Positions 47,110 through 55,977 of a stretch of 64,000 nucleotides of DNA are shown piece by piece. The notes below the pieces were generated by a model that did not search any database, was not told where the DNA came from, and saw nothing but the letters and a program-made list of their open reading frames with translations. Within the stretch, counting starts at the first letter, position 1, and every line of letters begins with the position of its first letter. The DNA comes from a virus (Duplodnaviria > Caudoviricetes): IMG/VR virus record IMGVR_UViG_3300031867_000022, positions 1-64,000 of that record; one strand, 5' to 3'. A program made the translations under genes and the position numbers.

Positions 47110-47439
47110 ATGCAAATCACATTTACAGACGTTCATTGGAGAAATCAAGATGACTCCAACGTGTTCAACATGCACGCCATCAAAAGCATGACACTGGACA
47201 CAACAACATCTATCCTCACTATAGAGGGTACAACGAACACATTCTCAGCACCGTTTTGTGAACTCACCTACGGAGGTGGAGTTACTCATTTTGAGTTATT
47301 AACCAAACATCCGTATGAAACAGGAGAGTACATAAATATTGCAGTGTTTGAATCTACAAATGTGGTATGTGTAGCACATCATTCTCACAACGTTCCTGCG
47401 TGGTTTGAGAATAAGTGCAAAACACATGTACACGTCTAA
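47110..47439 (+). CDS. Hypothetical protein
   Basis: Preceded by a TTGAAATCAAT leader. Confidence 0.7.
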   Translation: MQITFTDVHWRNQDDSNVFNMHAIKSMTLDTTTSILTIEGTTNTFSAPFCELTYGGGVTHFELLTKHPYETGEYINIAVFESTNVVCVAHHSHNVPAWFENKCKTHVHV

Positions 47440-47978
47440 AACGTAAAGTCCAGCCGCGTTAAAGAGCTGGACACTTGGTTTGAAATCAATCAACATATCA
47501 AGATATATGGATACATTAAAGTTATTTATCCCTGTAATACTAGGTCTATTACTCGGATGCACAGTTATTTACCTGTTATTCTATTAGTATATGACATACA
47601 ATAAGTATACTATAAATGTGGCAGGTAGAGACTATGTGAGGGAGATAACACGATGGGTAGGCCACAAGCACGTCGTTAATATCCCTGTAATGCATCCTGA
47701 GGATATCTAGTCCTCAAAACTCTCTTTAAAACTCTATTCATCATAGCCTATCAAAGGTTTGAATAGGAGTTTATGTGCAGCGATAGCACTATTGAGAACA
47801 ATTTGCCTATTACGAATGTCACGACCTCTCTTAGGCACGGGGCTTGCTGGATATCAGTGGCCCCATTTTATATGACTACTTCTATCATGATAAATATTGT
47901 TTAGGTTATACCTAGCCTCTGCTGGTCTGTGAAGATAGGCAGAGTTTTAATTGAAATCAATTCAAAACAACAAATATT

Positions 47979-48326
47979 ATGTATAATTATGAAACTTTCT
48001 TAAAGTTGGTAGGATGTTTAAAGCAATATGTTGGAAACCATAACAGCATAATGTGTTCTCCATATAGAATACAAAAACACTTACTACCAGGAATCTACTA
48101 TCAAGATGCTCAAGTGATTACACAACATTATCGTCTTTGTCTTAAAGATAGATATTCATTAGACAAATTGGTACTGATGATTATATTGTACAGATATGGA
48201 ATATATATGTTATTCGAAAATAGTAAATCTGAAGTAATTAGAACAAGAGATTTAGTCCCTATCGAACAATGGCATAGTATACAAAAATGTATAATAGCAT
48301 TAGAAAAATTCATGAAAAGATTTTAG
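47979..48326 (+). CDS. Hypothetical protein
   Basis: Preceded by a TTGAAATCAAT leader; TAG stop. Confidence 0.65.
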   Translation: MYNYETFLKLVGCLKQYVGNHNSIMCSPYRIQKHLLPGIYYQDAQVITQHYRLCLKDRYSLDKLVLMIILYRYGIYMLFENSKSEVIRTRDLVPIEQWHSIQKCIIALEKFMKRF

Positions 48327-48330
48327 CATT

Positions 48331-48525
48331 ATGAGACGTAGATTTAATCCGTGTGCTGTCGCTAGTAGTGATGGTACACACGTCATGGTTTCACATGACA
48401 CAAGACGCAGTGAACGCCCTCAACGCCAATTAAGGGAGTTTGCACGACTTGGTGCGTTAAAAATCCAGGTCACATCGATGCAAGCAGCGATGCTCGCGCC
48501 GTGCCAGAGAGTGGTACGCTTATAA
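48331..48525 (+). CDS. Hypothetical protein
   Basis: Short ORF in series. Confidence 0.55.
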   Translation: MRRRFNPCAVASSDGTHVMVSHDTRRSERPQRQLREFARLGALKIQVTSMQAAMLAPCQRVVRL

Positions 48526-48635
48526 TATATACAAGAGGAGAGAGGTTCGATTTGTTTTTCTTTAAGGAATTCTGTTAGAGTATTGAATGTATTACTTACT
48601 TATGCTACAGCGGTAGCACTCTCCTCTTCTAATAT

Positions 48636-48696
48636 AATACTGTCGGGATGTAGATGTCCCCTGATGAGTCGTTGCAAATTACGACGAAACAGTATT
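48636..48696 (+). ncRNA. Type III hammerhead ribozyme
   Basis: AATACTGT-C | GGGA..TCCC stem I, CTGATGA core, GTCGT/ACGAC stem II, GAA, ACAGTATT stem III; GUC cleavage triplet ends at 48644. Confidence 0.9.
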
Positions 48697-48720
48697 GTCT
48701 AACCAAATCATTTATCAAAA

Positions 48721-49074
48721 ATGGCAAAAAAGATTATCGTAGACGAAATTAAGAGAGCCTCAGCTGCTCTCAAAGATTTCCACATTGCTCATGTAATTGT
48801 CTCTTATAAAGACAAACATAGCATTGTTGTGTTGAATAAGCTATTTGAAGATGCCAAAACGGCAATTCAGACGGCTGACGTCAAGATTCTTAGTGTTCGT
48901 GGTGCTCGTCACTATGAGACACTTGCTCTCAATCACAGTATGTGGGAACCAATGTACGAACACAAATGTAAACATTGTGGTAAAACGTTCAGGTCTCCAA
49001 TTAAGGAACAAGTCTGGTGCTCTCATGCATGTAAGTGGGCTTATCGTAAACAACAAAAAACCAAAGCAGCATGA
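48721..49074 (+). CDS. Hypothetical protein with a C-terminal zinc finger
   Basis: CKHCGKTF...WCSHAC. Confidence 0.75.
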   Translation: MAKKIIVDEIKRASAALKDFHIAHVIVSYKDKHSIVVLNKLFEDAKTAIQTADVKILSVRGARHYETLALNHSMWEPMYEHKCKHCGKTFRSPIKEQVWCSHACKWAYRKQQKTKAA

Positions 49075-49186
49075 AACTAACAGAAAACGAGAAAAATGCA
49101 ATAACATGCGTACTGATTATGGTAGTATGCGCAGCCGTTGTCTTTTGCGCTGCAATTGTTTCTAGTTGTAACTCTTATTAATTTTT

Positions 49187-49411
49187 ATGACGATGACAGA
49201 CATTGAATTCCACATTTTAATGGTATGTGTTATAGGTGTTGTTATTGCAGTAAATAGTGTATTGGTAACAATCACAGTATTCTACGCAAAAAAGACCTAT
49301 AGATACATAAAGAACATCAGCGAGACTGTTCGCCGGATTCGGAATATAACAATTACCACTCTGGAACAAAACTATGAGAGAGCGGAATCAGAATCTTCCG
49401 CCACTTCCTAA
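49187..49411 (+). CDS. Small membrane protein
   Basis: N-terminal hydrophobic helix. Confidence 0.55.
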   Translation: MTMTDIEFHILMVCVIGVVIAVNSVLVTITVFYAKKTYRYIKNISETVRRIRNITITTLEQNYERAESESSATS

Positions 49412-49595
49412 AAAGAAGCGTGTGGATGTCAAGGGGAATGATAAACGCAGAGTATTTGTAAAGTCTGGCAATGCAACTATGATGCTTGCTAAAGGCCTAA
49501 CAAAGAATGCGTGTGATATTCTAGAGTCTAAGATTGTAAATGCAATTAAAGACCTAGGTGGTGAATGTACGTGTAACTTTTTAAAGTGGAAATAA
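49374..49595 (+). CDS. Hypothetical protein
   Basis: Overlapping ORF in series. Confidence 0.55.
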   Translation: MRERNQNLPPLPKKKRVDVKGNDKRRVFVKSGNATMMLAKGLTKNACDILESKIVNAIKDLGGECTCNFLKWK

Positions 49596-49775
49596 ACTAT
49601 GTTATATCTATTTATTACACTAATGATGATTGCGGTTCTATTGTTTGAATTTATAATATTCTACATAATTATAAATCGCGATGGAGACGACATGTACAAA
49701 TAACTCTACCCCTCCAGGATTCTGGATTGGATTGATTTTGATCGTTGTTATACTATTAATTCGTAATTGTTCAAC

Positions 49776-50177
49776 ATGAGAAAAGGCGATATCGTTAGAC
49801 AAATGATGTTCGATCGTGGAGGACTAATAGGTCCATATATGCGTATCGAATATATTGAGCATAATAGAGTATACTGTAGTGTGTTAAACTCGGATACTCC
49901 GAACAAATTGGTCTTGGGAAACAGACTTAGAAAGATTCCCAGTGCAGCCTTACAAGTGAGTGAAGATGCATTAAAATGGATAAAAGAACACATATTTGAC
50001 GACCAGTCAATATCCCATTCGGCAACAAAGACATGGCTGCATGTGCATGAAACAACACCAGCACCAAGAATCATTAAGCTTTACACAAACAAAGGAAACT
50101 ATTACTATGTTAAACTATTTTCGAGTAAGATGAGAAAATCTACACAGGAAATAGTTGTAGAAATAGAACGGTTATGA
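49776..50177 (+). CDS. Hypothetical protein
   Basis: MRKGDIVRQ...; ATGA-coupled to the next gene. Confidence 0.7.
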   Translation: MRKGDIVRQMMFDRGGLIGPYMRIEYIEHNRVYCSVLNSDTPNKLVLGNRLRKIPSAALQVSEDALKWIKEHIFDDQSISHSATKTWLHVHETTPAPRIIKLYTNKGNYYYVKLFSSKMRKSTQEIVVEIERL

Positions 50178-50362
50178 AAGTCATAAGACCTGGCCAGTGG
50201 ATCAAGCTTAATGGTACAATATATCGTGCAATGAAACGCACGAATGGCTGCAAAGGATGCATATTAGATGATATTATATTGTGTCCAAATATAGTTGACA
50301 GTCGAAATGGAACGCCACCATTAGACTGCGAACTAAACAATATCATATTAACAAAGCAATAA
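50174..50362 (+). CDS. Small Cys-containing protein
   Basis: GCKGC...LCP...DC. Confidence 0.65.
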   Translation: MKVIRPGQWIKLNGTIYRAMKRTNGCKGCILDDIILCPNIVDSRNGTPPLDCELNNIILTKQ

Positions 50363-50894
50363 CACCGTGAGGTGTGAAATGTTCATATGTTGTTATTTTT
50401 GAAGCCAGAACCTGCCTGTCGTGAGACACGCAGGTTCAATTTTATATTGCATAGAACTCGACTGAGATCAGGAAACCTCAAGCCCTGACAATCAGACTTT
50501 TTTGGGACGCCTTACTGTCTGAAGAACGAGGAGAGGGTGCAATTGCAACAATCTTGTGGTACCGAGGGGAAATCGGTACAAACTAGGACATATGTATACC
50601 TGTCCAACTAAGTAGAAATCGTGTAGAATCCAACACGAACAAAACTTAGGCTCAGTGGGTCAAACTGAGTACCCCACAGTACACAGTTGTAGGTGTAGGT
50701 GCGAAACCAACTGTGGGAACAACGTTGTGAAACGCGTTTGTCCATTGTAGTAGGCATTTTAGGTTAAATTAAAATGTTAATGCGATGTAGGGACGTTGTG
50801 AAACGTCTCTACATTTTCACAACAACAAATACATCCGAGGTGGTTGGAGGTCTAGCAGTAAGGAGCTTGCATACAGCTAGGGTAGGATGTAAAT

Positions 50895-50966
50895 GGTCTA
50901 TTCGTCTATCGGTTAGGACGACAGATTTTCATTCTGTAAAGAGCAGTTCGACTCTGCTATAGACTA
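50895..50966 (+). tRNA. tRNA-Glu (TTC)
   Basis: GGTCTAT/ATAGACT acceptor, CGTCTATCGGTTAGGAC D arm, ACAGA-TTTTCAT-TCTGT anticodon arm, AGCAG-TTCGACT-CTGCT T arm. Confidence 0.9.
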
Positions 50967-50986
50967 CAAACCACTAATTTAAAATT

Positions 50987-51172
50987 ATGTGTATATTAGA
51001 ATTTGAACCTGGAACTCCAACATTTCGAATGGTTGAAGTTCTTCACGATTTATTAGGTGTTCCTCTTAGAGACGCACGAGACGCAGTTGAGTTACATCGA
51101 GTAAAATGTCCAAAAGACAGACGTGAAGAATTTATTAAAACTATTGAGAAATACGGAGGAAAGGTAATCTAA
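50987..51172 (+). CDS. Ribosomal protein bL12 C-terminal-domain-like protein
   Basis: VEVLHDLLGVPLRDARDAVE...EEFIKTIEKYGGKV resembles the L7/L12 CTD pattern. Confidence 0.55.
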   Translation: MCILEFEPGTPTFRMVEVLHDLLGVPLRDARDAVELHRVKCPKDRREEFIKTIEKYGGKVI

Positions 51173-51242
51173 GGTCTTTTCCAAGTCTCCCTTAAAGACT
51201 GGATAATAACAAATGTTTAATCTTCTAATAAATTTATCAAAA

Positions 51243-51779
51243 ATGAAGAAGAAATGCAATCTTTTACAGCTCATCGTATGTGCAATGATTATCGTTGTAG
51301 CTGTTATTGGTTCCTGCAGCTTGTTAAGCTGTGGGAAAATGCCCTGGAGTAAAAAGGCTCCCTCTATGGAAGAGACTATTGACAGTCTCGTAAACGCTAA
51401 AGTTAAAAAGACAGTCAATCCTACATTCTATTCTGTAGATGAGGTGACAGTCTATCAAGAACTGACTCGTGATGGTAACAAAATCGACTCTGTCTTCAAT
51501 GCCATGCCATATGACATACTTAAGAATGTGTCACATGTTCTGATAAAGAAGAATGGTACTACGACAAAGAAGGAAATCGTTACAGAATTTACATCTCACA
51601 AAGACATCTACCCTAATTTACCAAAGATACCAGATCCTGTAACAGAGGACTCTGTAGTCAACGCAAAGGGGAAGAAGTCAGGTGTGTTTTCTACGTCGTA
51701 CAAGTATCGAACTGATACAGTAGATGGGATTCCGGTAAAAGTTCAGATAAAAGAGGAGGAGAGTTATGTCGAAGAGTAA
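51243..51779 (+). CDS. Membrane-anchored/lipoprotein-like protein
   Basis: Basic N-terminus, hydrophobic stretch, LLSC; TTATCAAAAATG start. Confidence 0.7.
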   Translation: MKKKCNLLQLIVCAMIIVVAVIGSCSLLSCGKMPWSKKAPSMEETIDSLVNAKVKKTVNPTFYSVDEVTVYQELTRDGNKIDSVFNAMPYDILKNVSHVLIKKNGTTTKKEIVTEFTSHKDIYPNLPKIPDPVTEDSVVNAKGKKSGVFSTSYKYRTDTVDGIPVKVQIKEEESYVEE

Positions 51780-52230
51780 TTTGCCACATGCCATTGTCAT
51801 CATGTATAATGGCTGCGATCTAAGTCCTGAAAAGTTTGCGGAAGTTTGCGGTATGGTTGTAGAATATCTGCAAAGAAACGGTATTGCTATCCCAGAACTA
51901 ACGAACGCAAAATGTTTTGATGCCAATGACATTGCAAACCTCATGGTTTCTGATGCCGATTTGCACAAGAACATGAACTCAGATCCTGTCGAGAATGCTC
52001 TAAAGTATCTCAGTACACGCTACTCTGAGTATTTGCGTGACAAGAACATGATTCCGCTTATTGTCAAATTGAATAAAGATATTCAGGAAGACAATGAAAT
52101 TTTGGTGACTGCTCTACAGATTATATGTGAGAAGATCATAACAGACAATCAGTTAAGAAAATATGGTATCTGCAATACCGTGATGAATACAATGCGACAA
52201 TGCTACAGGTATCACGTTCAGGGTAGTTAG
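51766..52230 (+). CDS. Hypothetical protein
   Basis: Intact ORF, TAG stop. Confidence 0.75.
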   Translation: MSKSNLPHAIVIMYNGCDLSPEKFAEVCGMVVEYLQRNGIAIPELTNAKCFDANDIANLMVSDADLHKNMNSDPVENALKYLSTRYSEYLRDKNMIPLIVKLNKDIQEDNEILVTALQIICEKIITDNQLRKYGICNTVMNTMRQCYRYHVQGS

Positions 52231-52390
52231 TTATGCACGGCTGTCAGAAAACCAAACCTGTTACGTACAGGGAGCGTCATAAGGCTGCCACGCCTTATAT
52301 TCGCAAAACAAAACACAGAGAAGACCTCCGTAAGGAGTATTCATAGTGAGTTACAAACATTTAGTTATTAATTTTTAACATTTATCAAAA

Positions 52391-53053
52391 ATGGCAAAAG
52401 AAAAAGAACAAAAGCAGAAAGCTGTTACACTTACAGCGAACAACGTAGTCGAAGAAGCTAAAAAAGGTAACATTCTGACCACCGAGTTGAAAGAGCGCAT
52501 GGACAAGGAGATCCAAGACGAGAAGGACAAACAGATCGTCTATGAGGTCAAGCGCCGTCACAGTAAGATAGGTTATATCTTAGGCATGTCTTTGGTTCAC
52601 AAACGCAAGATGAACCGATACAACGATCTTTCGACGTACAACGTTCGTCAGCTTGGCCGCCTTGAGCGATTCTTGTGTGGATTTACGGTAACTGACCAGA
52701 TCATCAACGAATTCGCTCGTACAGAGGATGACGTTCTCGGATTGGAAGTTCTTGACGAGAAGAAGAACGTTCTCAAGATCAAGATTGTGAAAGAGGACGG
52801 CAAGACTCGCGAAGAGAAGGAATTCAAGGTAGGCGACGTGGTGCCCGCTGTCATCGACTTTTCTGAGTTTGACAAAGGTACAGCCAAGCTGGAGGAGAAC
52901 CTCAAGAAGAAGCGTCAGGAGATCGAAGATCTGCATAAAGATGACGCAAAAGTCATTGCGCAGGCAGCTGGAGAGTACTACAGTACAGACTGGACATACA
53001 ACTTACGTATCGTAACCATGGATGGTCTCGATCGTTCTCATCCAGTGTATTAA
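52391..53053 (+). CDS. Hypothetical protein (220 aa)
   Basis: TTATCAAAAATG start; biased codon usage. Confidence 0.8.
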   Translation: MAKEKEQKQKAVTLTANNVVEEAKKGNILTTELKERMDKEIQDEKDKQIVYEVKRRHSKIGYILGMSLVHKRKMNRYNDLSTYNVRQLGRLERFLCGFTVTDQIINEFARTEDDVLGLEVLDEKKNVLKIKIVKEDGKTREEKEFKVGDVVPAVIDFSEFDKGTAKLEENLKKKRQEIEDLHKDDAKVIAQAAGEYYSTDWTYNLRIVTMDGLDRSHPVY

Positions 53054-53630
53054 GCAACTGTGACTAGTGATAGTCAAGTCAGCACATCATCCATAAAGCG
53101 AGAACCTAGAGTCAGTGCTTTATAAAACCCAAAATGTAGATTACAGATCAATAGTCCGTCTTTACACTATCGGTACACGTTTACAGATTAATTAAATGGA
53201 CGGTAGAGCACGACACTACATTTAATATAAGCAGAATTAACTGCAAGCAGTTAGAGTCTTGAGCCAACACTGTTAGGGTGATTAACACCGACCACACGGT
53301 GTAATAATATGTGGCCATTTGATCAAATAACTGCAATGTACGAGCCATTGAGTCGGTGCCACTGAGTGAGATGATATCAAAACTTAGACACTGCATTGTA
53401 TATCAAGAAATGCGGGTACAACCTATTCAGAACCTTAGAGTCAGCAATAGATCACTGTACCAAACTAAGGCCTTAAAAAGCCTCTCTAAGCGTTTCAAAT
53501 CCTTGAGTGGATTAGCTACCCATGATAGGGGGAGAAAATGCCTTAGAGAGGCTATAATACGGCTTAAATCGAATTCTGTGACTGATCATCACAGAGTTTA
53601 CTAGAGTGTACAACATTAAAATCAATTTAT

Positions 53631-53807
53631 ATGAAGTACGAAAATTCTATGCATCGATTCTTTCAAGTTAGTAGCGGAGTTTCCCTTATTATAGCAGGTA
53701 TAAGTATGCTAAAAGGCAATATGCAAGGTGCAACATTTGGTGTGCTTTTGGCCATACACTTAAACATGCTATCTTGGAATTATGAAGATTACGATGAGGA
53801 AGAATAA
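53631..53807 (+). CDS. Small two-TM membrane protein (58 aa)
   Basis: MKYENSMHRFFQVSSGVSLIIAGISML...FGVLLAIHLNML. Confidence 0.5.
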   Translation: MKYENSMHRFFQVSSGVSLIIAGISMLKGNMQGATFGVLLAIHLNMLSWNYEDYDEEE

Positions 53808-53829
53808 GAAATCTTAGCGTGTCCCAGGA

Positions 53830-54023
53830 TAAGTCGTTCGGACGGCGGTTCGATTCCGCCCAGGTCCACCTATATTAATAAATATGGGCTTGACTGGTTT
53901 AGACGGCGACAGAAAGTAAGACATCAAGCGCTTTGATATAAAAATTAAACGGCAACATAAACGTTGTTGACTACACGGGTCTCCAGGAGGCAGCGTGAAG
54001 TCGGTGAACCCTACCTAAGTGGG
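53830..54023 (+). ncRNA. ssrA: Circularly permuted (two-piece) tmRNA; outer boundaries approximate
   Basis: 3' acceptor half GGACGGCGGTTCGATTCCGCCCAGGTCCACC (53840-53870) precedes the 5' half GGGCTTGACTGGTTTAGAC (53886); G3.U70 pair; tag ORF GNINVVDYTGLQEAA* at 53951-53998. Confidence 0.88.
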
Positions 54024-54025
54024 GA

Positions 54026-54081
54026 GAGTGAGTAGCGTTAATTCGCCCAGGTACAGGTGGGTTCGAATCCCACACTCACTC
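54026..54081 (+). ncRNA. tRNA-like minihelix without an anticodon arm
   Basis: GAGTGAGT/ACTCACTC stem plus GTGGG-TTCGAAT-CCCAC T arm. Confidence 0.7.
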
Positions 54082-54171
54082 CTACGTCGTGAGACGCATT
54101 AGACTGTCTTAAAGGATAGTCTCTTTCGTGAATGGTAGGTGCAGGTGAAGTATAGTAGCCTGCACCGTAAT

Positions 54172-54340
54172 GGATCAATAGCTCAGTTGGTAGAGCAATA
54201 GAGATAAGCAAAAGATAGAGCTGTCACGGCTACATGGCTGATATAAACCGTGTAAAAAATGTGTAAAATTGATTTGTTTCAAACTATCATGGTGATTTGT
54301 TTATCTTTATAAGTCCCCGGTTCGAGCCCGAGTTGGTCCA
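54172..54340 (+). ncRNA. tRNA scaffold with the anticodon loop replaced by a 15-bp stem and an 83-nt insert
   Basis: GGATCAA/TTGGTCC acceptor, GCTCAGTTGGTAGAGC D arm, CCCGG-TTCGAGC-CCGAG T arm. Confidence 0.75.
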
Positions 54341-54354
54341 CAAACACATATCGA

Positions 54355-54846
54355 ATGAAAAAATCTGGATACAAGGAAATGTTGCGGGATAGATGTCCTG
54401 CAACAGTAAACTTTGCTCTTAAGTATTGCAATGCTAAAGAGCGTTGGATTGATCATGCTTACAATCAATTTATAAAGATATATGTAGATAATAATGAACG
54501 TAAACATACTACTCGTATTATCCTCGGTATTGCAAAATATTACAGAAACTTTATATTTGATAAAAGCATCGATTGGGAGAATCTCACCAAAGAAGAAGAA
54601 GCCTATTGGAAATGGGTATCAGCTTGGGTGAGGTGGTTCATGAAGAACTTTGCGTATATAGAAAATACGTATAAGATCTCTCGCTCTTGTGGAAAAGATG
54701 AATTTGACTGTAAAGTTGAAATCATCCAGAAGCACTTAAGTTCAAAGCTTCCTACAGAAGACGATGATGAAGAAACAAAAGCAAAAAAGCTAAAAGAAGT
54801 AAATAAACTTACCGATTATCTCGTCAAATGTATCAATGAAGTATAG
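54355..54846 (+). CDS. Hypothetical protein
   Basis: Intact ORF, TAG stop. Confidence 0.75.
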   Translation: MKKSGYKEMLRDRCPATVNFALKYCNAKERWIDHAYNQFIKIYVDNNERKHTTRIILGIAKYYRNFIFDKSIDWENLTKEEEAYWKWVSAWVRWFMKNFAYIENTYKISRSCGKDEFDCKVEIIQKHLSSKLPTEDDDEETKAKKLKEVNKLTDYLVKCINEV

Positions 54847-55285
54847 AATGTGCGTATTTTCCAATTATTTAGATCCTCTACGTGAGGAAAATCTGATTGC
54901 TCTAACGGACGATCCAAAGCCAAGTGAAGTTTATGACGCGTTGCGTATCGCATACAATCAAGGCGCACCGGGTATATTAGACAACACACGTATGATCGCT
55001 CCAATTAACGAAGAAGAAGATAATTATGATATTATAGAAGAAGTTTGGCGTAACAGTCATCTGCAATTCATAGTACGGTGGATAAATCGAAAGATTACAC
55101 TGTGTATAGGCATAGAAACATATCGAACCTTGGGAGTTCGTGTAAGAATTGCAACCAGTATGATAAATAAACTGGTAAATGAAGGTTATTTATCCAAACG
55201 AATGTCTATGAGAATTCATAGTTATCTTTGTGAGAACGTACGGAATGAATCTTCTTTAGTAGTAAATGAAGAACTTCCGTTCTAG
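54836..55285 (+). CDS. Hypothetical protein ending EELPF
   Basis: Intact ORF; SSB-like acidic-LPF tail followed by TAG. Confidence 0.75.
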   Translation: MKYRMCVFSNYLDPLREENLIALTDDPKPSEVYDALRIAYNQGAPGILDNTRMIAPINEEEDNYDIIEEVWRNSHLQFIVRWINRKITLCIGIETYRTLGVRVRIATSMINKLVNEGYLSKRMSMRIHSYLCENVRNESSLVVNEELPF

Positions 55286-55412
55286 TATCAGGGCTGTCCC
55301 TCAGAGGTAGTCTTTGATGACAACAGCCCACAACACAGCACCGTCTGTTATGTGAGTGACACACTAATAACCGGAACATAGTGCTAACGCACTATAGTTA
55401 ATTTGTTTGATT

Positions 55413-55976
55413 ATGTCCAAGAATCCTAGAATCACTTCAGAAGAAGTTGGGATAATCAAAAGAGCGCAAGCAGGTGATGAATCTGCTTTTAATATACTTT
55501 TTCACAAATACAAAGGATTTGTTGAGAATATACTGTTTCAGTATATCAAGGATATGGATGAAGCCAAAGATATGGCTAATTTCGTCTTCTTAAAAGTATA
55601 TAATAATCTCTCAAAGTTTACAAAGTACGACTCCTTCGGGGGTTGGCTAAGAATACTGACTAATCGAGTGGCAATCGACTATTTGCGTACAATGGAGAAC
55701 AAACAAGTAGCACTTGGTGATGATGTAGGCCGACTACCTACAAATGAAACAAGTAGCTCGTATGAAGACGAAATTGTCAATCGTCTAACATATAAGCAAT
55801 TGCTAAGTGAGTTCAACAAGCTTTCAGAAGATGCTCGTAAAATCTTCGAGCTGTACTATGAGAATCGAATGACAGTTGAAGAAATCAGTAAAGCGCTTCG
55901 AATCCCAACAGGAACTATTAAGTCAACGTTGTCAAGAACGCGTAAAAAGATTCAAAAACGTTTAAAAATTAATTAA
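55413..55976 (+). CDS. ECF-type RNA polymerase sigma-70 factor
   Basis: AQAGDESAFNILF, FLKVYNNL..SFGGWLRILTNRVAIDYLR (region 2); EEISKALRIPTGTIKSTLSRTRKKI (region 4). Confidence 0.92.
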   Translation: MSKNPRITSEEVGIIKRAQAGDESAFNILFHKYKGFVENILFQYIKDMDEAKDMANFVFLKVYNNLSKFTKYDSFGGWLRILTNRVAIDYLRTMENKQVALGDDVGRLPTNETSSSYEDEIVNRLTYKQLLSEFNKLSEDARKIFELYYENRMTVEEISKALRIPTGTIKSTLSRTRKKIQKRLKIN

Positions 55977-55977
55977 C

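Noticed and set aside
53054-53600. CRISPR mini-array
   Set aside because: The repeats are short, degenerate and not a regular repeat-spacer series; no cas genes
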